DNA of 64,000 bases from Alphaproteobacteria bacterium (GTDB lineage Bacteria; Pseudomonadota; Alphaproteobacteria; Bin95), in contig OZ219786.1 in the NCBI GenBank assembly GCA_964291285.2, positions 960,001-1,024,000 on the forward strand. Reading direction: 5' to 3'. Within the stretch, counting starts at the first letter, position 1. Every line of letters begins with the position of its first letter. The notes below the pieces were generated by a model that ran no database searches, was not told the DNA's origin, and saw only the letters and a list, made by a program, of their open reading frames with translations. Made by a program: the position numbers and the translations under genes. Positions 61,067 to 64,000 of this stretch are shown here, in pieces.

Positions 61067-61792
61067 TCACTCCTCCGCCGCCATCACGGCTTCCGCCCGG
61101 TCGGGATAGATGATCCGCTCGGCGAAGCGGTGCATGAGGTCGATCTCGTCCTGGCTCCGGTATCTGGGGGTGCTGCCCTTAATCGCGGCCAGATGTTCGG
61201 CGATGATGTTGCGGCGCACCTCGGCGGCGAAGGAGGTCAGCCGGTGGTAGGCCTCGGAGATCGTCCGCCCGAGGGTCGTGACGCCGTGCCCGATCAGCAC
61301 CACGCAGTTGGTATCGGCGATGAAGTCCTTGACCGGTCCGACATCGGTTTCGACGTCGATATCCGCAGCCACATAGTAGGGCGGCTTGCCGTGGATGAAC
61401 GGCATGTCGAGCGAGAGGATCCGGACTTCCTCGAAGGCCCCGGAGCCGAAGAAGGCGATGGTGTCGTCGTGATGGACATGGATGACCGCGTGGATGTCGG
61501 GCCGGAGCCTGAGGATCTCGCGGTTGAGGTTGTGGCCGACGCTCGTCACCGCCTCGCCATGCAGCAGACGGCTTGTCGGGATGTCGGTGATGACGATGTT
61601 GTCCGCGGTCATTTCCTCAAGCGAGATTTCGGCATGCTTGGTGTAGGCCACGCCGTGTCCGAAGTCCGGATGCGGCTTGCGGATCACCATGTTCCCGAGC
61701 GTGTTGTGGACATAGCCCCGCCTCGCGACCATATGCGCATAGCGGACGAAGGTAGCGCCGGTCTCTGCGTCGAATTCGACCCGGTTGTCCAT
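61067..61792 (-). CDS. Class II aldolase/adducin family protein
   Basis: GN, RPDIHAVIHVH, L.GHGV...G.T..EA. Confidence 0.8.
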   Translation of the reverse strand: MDNRVEFDAETGATFVRYAHMVARRGYVHNTLGNMVIRKPHPDFGHGVAYTKHAEISLEEMTADNIVITDIPTSRLLHGEAVTSVGHNLNREILRLRPDIHAVIHVHHDDTIAFFGSGAFEEVRILSLDMPFIHGKPPYYVAADIDVETDVGPVKDFIADTNCVVLIGHGVTTLGRTISEAYHRLTSFAAEVRRNIIAEHLAAIKGSTPRYRSQDEIDLMHRFAERIIYPDRAEAVMAAEE

Positions 61793-61886
61793 CCTGCTTC
61801 TCCTCCTTACCGCAATCCAATATCCCGTAAATTTCAACGGATTGTATGCCTTTAAGGCAATCGCCATGAACTATGGACTGCGCTCC

Positions 61887-62927
61887 TCACGCCGGGCGGA
61901 TCGTCCAGAAGAGGGCGTCGCCTTCGGCCTTGGCATCGACCTCCATGAATTGGCGGTGCGAGGCGACGGCGCCGCGCCAGAGCTCAATCCAGCAGGCGAG
62001 CAGGGTCCCGCGTCCGGAGCCCTCGATACCGCGCACGATCCTGAGCCCGGTGTGACGCAGGGAAACGGCGCCGCCCCCGGCGTCCTCGACCTCCGCGCCG
62101 TCGCCCATGCCCCGGAACATGGCGGCGAGGAAGTCGGCCGCTTCCTTCGGCCCGCCGTCCACGCTGCCCACGGCCCCGGCCATCTGCCGATAGTGTTGCA
62201 GGCCGGTCAGCCGGGCGGCGCGCCTGCCGTGCTCCAGCGCCTTCGCCTCGCCGACCGTTTCGATGAGTTCGCCGATGCCGGTGCGGATGAACTCGGCGGC
62301 GTAATTCCGGTTGGCCTTGGCGAGCCGTTCTTCGCTCCAGTCGGCCTCGGGCGCGGCGGGCTGCCGGCCGGGGTCGAAGGGCGGCGGACGTTCGTCGGGG
62401 GCGAAGACAAGGCGCTCGTCATCGGCGAGGTCGCGGTCGTATTCCCTGAAGTAGCCGCAGAACCCGAACTGGCCGGTCACGTCCTCCGAAACGCAGACGA
62501 AGCCGAGCCGGGGATTGCCCAAGGTGACGCCGTTCTGCGCATACCAGCCGCGCAGGAAACCCCGGCCCGCCTCGACCGGCATGCCGCAGATCGCCGGCCC
62601 GTCGAACATCCAGCGCGGATAGCGGAAGCGGACCCAGGCCTTGCGGTCGGACTCTTCCATATACTCCACGGGGACGCCGCCGATGACGTTCGAGAGCGTG
62701 TGATACCGGGCGCAGGCCACCGCATCAGGCAGGCCTTCCAGCCCCAGTTTCCTGAAGCTCGAAAGGAACTTGTCCTCATGCAGCCGGCGGAAGAGACGGC
62801 ACAGCCAGTCGCCGACGACCTCCGGCCCCTCGCGCATCGCCACCGTGAGTTGCAGGCCCAGCAGATACTGGTGGTGAAGCTCCGCCTGGGCGGACATGGC
62901 GGCGGCCTCGGGGGCTTCGGTGGACAT
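61887..62927 (-). CDS. Conserved-looking hypothetical protein
   Basis: 346-aa ORF with RBS GAAGGA and normal composition; no family recognised with confidence. Confidence 0.65.
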   Translation of the reverse strand: MSTEAPEAAAMSAQAELHHQYLLGLQLTVAMREGPEVVGDWLCRLFRRLHEDKFLSSFRKLGLEGLPDAVACARYHTLSNVIGGVPVEYMEESDRKAWVRFRYPRWMFDGPAICGMPVEAGRGFLRGWYAQNGVTLGNPRLGFVCVSEDVTGQFGFCGYFREYDRDLADDERLVFAPDERPPPFDPGRQPAAPEADWSEERLAKANRNYAAEFIRTGIGELIETVGEAKALEHGRRAARLTGLQHYRQMAGAVGSVDGGPKEAADFLAAMFRGMGDGAEVEDAGGGAVSLRHTGLRIVRGIEGSGRGTLLACWIELWRGAVASHRQFMEVDAKAEGDALFWTIRPA

Positions 62928-62945
62928 CGTTCGGCGTTCCTTCGT

Positions 62946-64000
62946 TCAGGCTTGCCCGGCGGGGCCCGCCGCCAGCAGCGCCAGGCCGTCCGCGGCATCC
63001 GGCGGCAGGTCCCAGAGGATAGCGCGTATTTCCGCGCGTTCGAGCACGAGACCGGCCTTGCGGCGCGGCGCGGGGCGGACCGCGTCGAACGCGACCTCGA
63101 GCACCAGCGCCGGCTCGACCGCGCGGACGGGGCCGTAGCGCCCGGCGGTGTGCGCGCGTATCCAGCGGTCCAGCCGCTCGCGTTCCGCGTCGGCCAGCCC
63201 GCAGGACGCATCGCCGACCGCCACCGGCCCGCCGTCCCCCAGGAGGGCGACGCTGTAGCTTGAACCGCCTGCCCCCGTTGCCGCGGGCTTCGTCGAAAGC
63301 AGCAGGGCGCGGGCGGTTCGCGGCGCGGACTTGCGCACGAGCCAGGGCGGCCCGCCGGGAAGGTAGGACGCGCCGGCCGGCTTCAGCACGATGGATGCGC
63401 CCTGCGCGCAAAGGGCGTCGAGCGTCCCGGGCCCGTCGATGGCGAGCAGCGGCGACAGGTCGAGGCGCGGCCTGCCGGCAATCCGTGCCTCCAGCCGCGC
63501 CCGGCGCTCGCGGAGCGGCAGGGCGCGGATGTCCTCGCCGGCGTCGAACATCAGGTCGAAGAGGCGGACGAAGACAGGGGCCTCGGCCGGCAGGCGGCGC
63601 GGGACGGTCTTGCGGCCGAGCCGCCTTTCGAGCGCTTCCGGCGGCCCCGGCCGGTAGGGCGGGCCGTCCGGGCCGGCGGCCGCCATGAGCACGCCGTCGA
63701 AAACGCCCTCCAGCCCCTCCATGGCGGCGATGACCTCCGGGAACAGGAAGGAGATGTCGTCTCCCGACCCGCTGTAGAGCCGGCGCCCCCCGGCCTCCGA
63801 GACAAGTTGCACGCGCAGGCCCGGCCATTGCCGCTCGGCCCGATAGCGGGTGAGGTCGAGACCCCTGGCAGTCGCGTCATCGAGCGGGCGGACCGGCATG
63901 AGCGGCCGGAAGCCGGCGACCGCCTCGGGGCGCGGCGCACGGCCTTCCAGCCAGGCGAAGAGCGGGCCGTAAGGTGGGGCCGATCCGTGCCAGACCTCCT
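62946..64000 (-). CDS. ATP-dependent DNA ligase homolog (adenylation + OB domains), 5' end outside the window, catalytic motifs degenerate
   Basis: GDDIS..FPE, RLFDL....ED.R.LPL.ERR.RLE, YGPVR.V.P.LVLEVAFD, R.AG......I.WD. Motif I reads ERQWPG. Confidence 0.78.
   Translation of the reverse strand, partial: EVWHGSAPPYGPLFAWLEGRAPRPEAVAGFRPLMPVRPLDDATARGLDLTRYRAERQWPGLRVQLVSEAGGRRLYSGSGDDISFLFPEVIAAMEGLEGVFDGVLMAAAGPDGPPYRPGPPEALERRLGRKTVPRRLPAEAPVFVRLFDLMFDAGEDIRALPLRERRARLEARIAGRPRLDLSPLLAIDGPGTLDALCAQGASIVLKPAGASYLPGGPPWLVRKSAPRTARALLLSTKPAATGAGGSSYSVALLGDGGPVAVGDASCGLADAERERLDRWIRAHTAGRYGPVRAVEPALVLEVAFDAVRPAPRRKAGLVLERAEIRAILWDLPPDAADGLALLAAGPAGQA

Overview
High-GC window, most likely from an alphaproteobacterium (Rhodospirillales-like). 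Evidence is hemC-hemD-mitofilin-hemY divergent from tsaD-gpsA-EVE, ffs-dnaX-ybaB-recR, ppiC-argJ-mutT and a GTTC-N7-GTTC LexA box. It is mostly housekeeping genes plus many catabolic enzymes, with tRNA-Val(GAC) and SRP RNA. No CRISPR array, integrase or intact prophage was seen. Four features stand out. (1) A two-copy dispersed module (12252-12801 on +, 23471-24760 on -): shared promoter, ~230-250 nt structured GC-rich leader with a 38-nt identical core, RBS plus cargo ORF, then CATGACA repeats at exactly 10-bp period. One copy carries an orphan terminase-small-subunit-like gene, and both lie just downstream of PIN-toxin debris. (2) A DDE-less IS630 HTH gene behind a perfect SOS box. (3) A peroxiredoxin with an in-frame UGA at the peroxidatic Cys, i.e. 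a probable selenoprotein that the ORF track missed. (4) An ATP-dependent DNA ligase homolog with its catalytic residues replaced. All calls were made by eye from motifs and synteny; no database searches were run.
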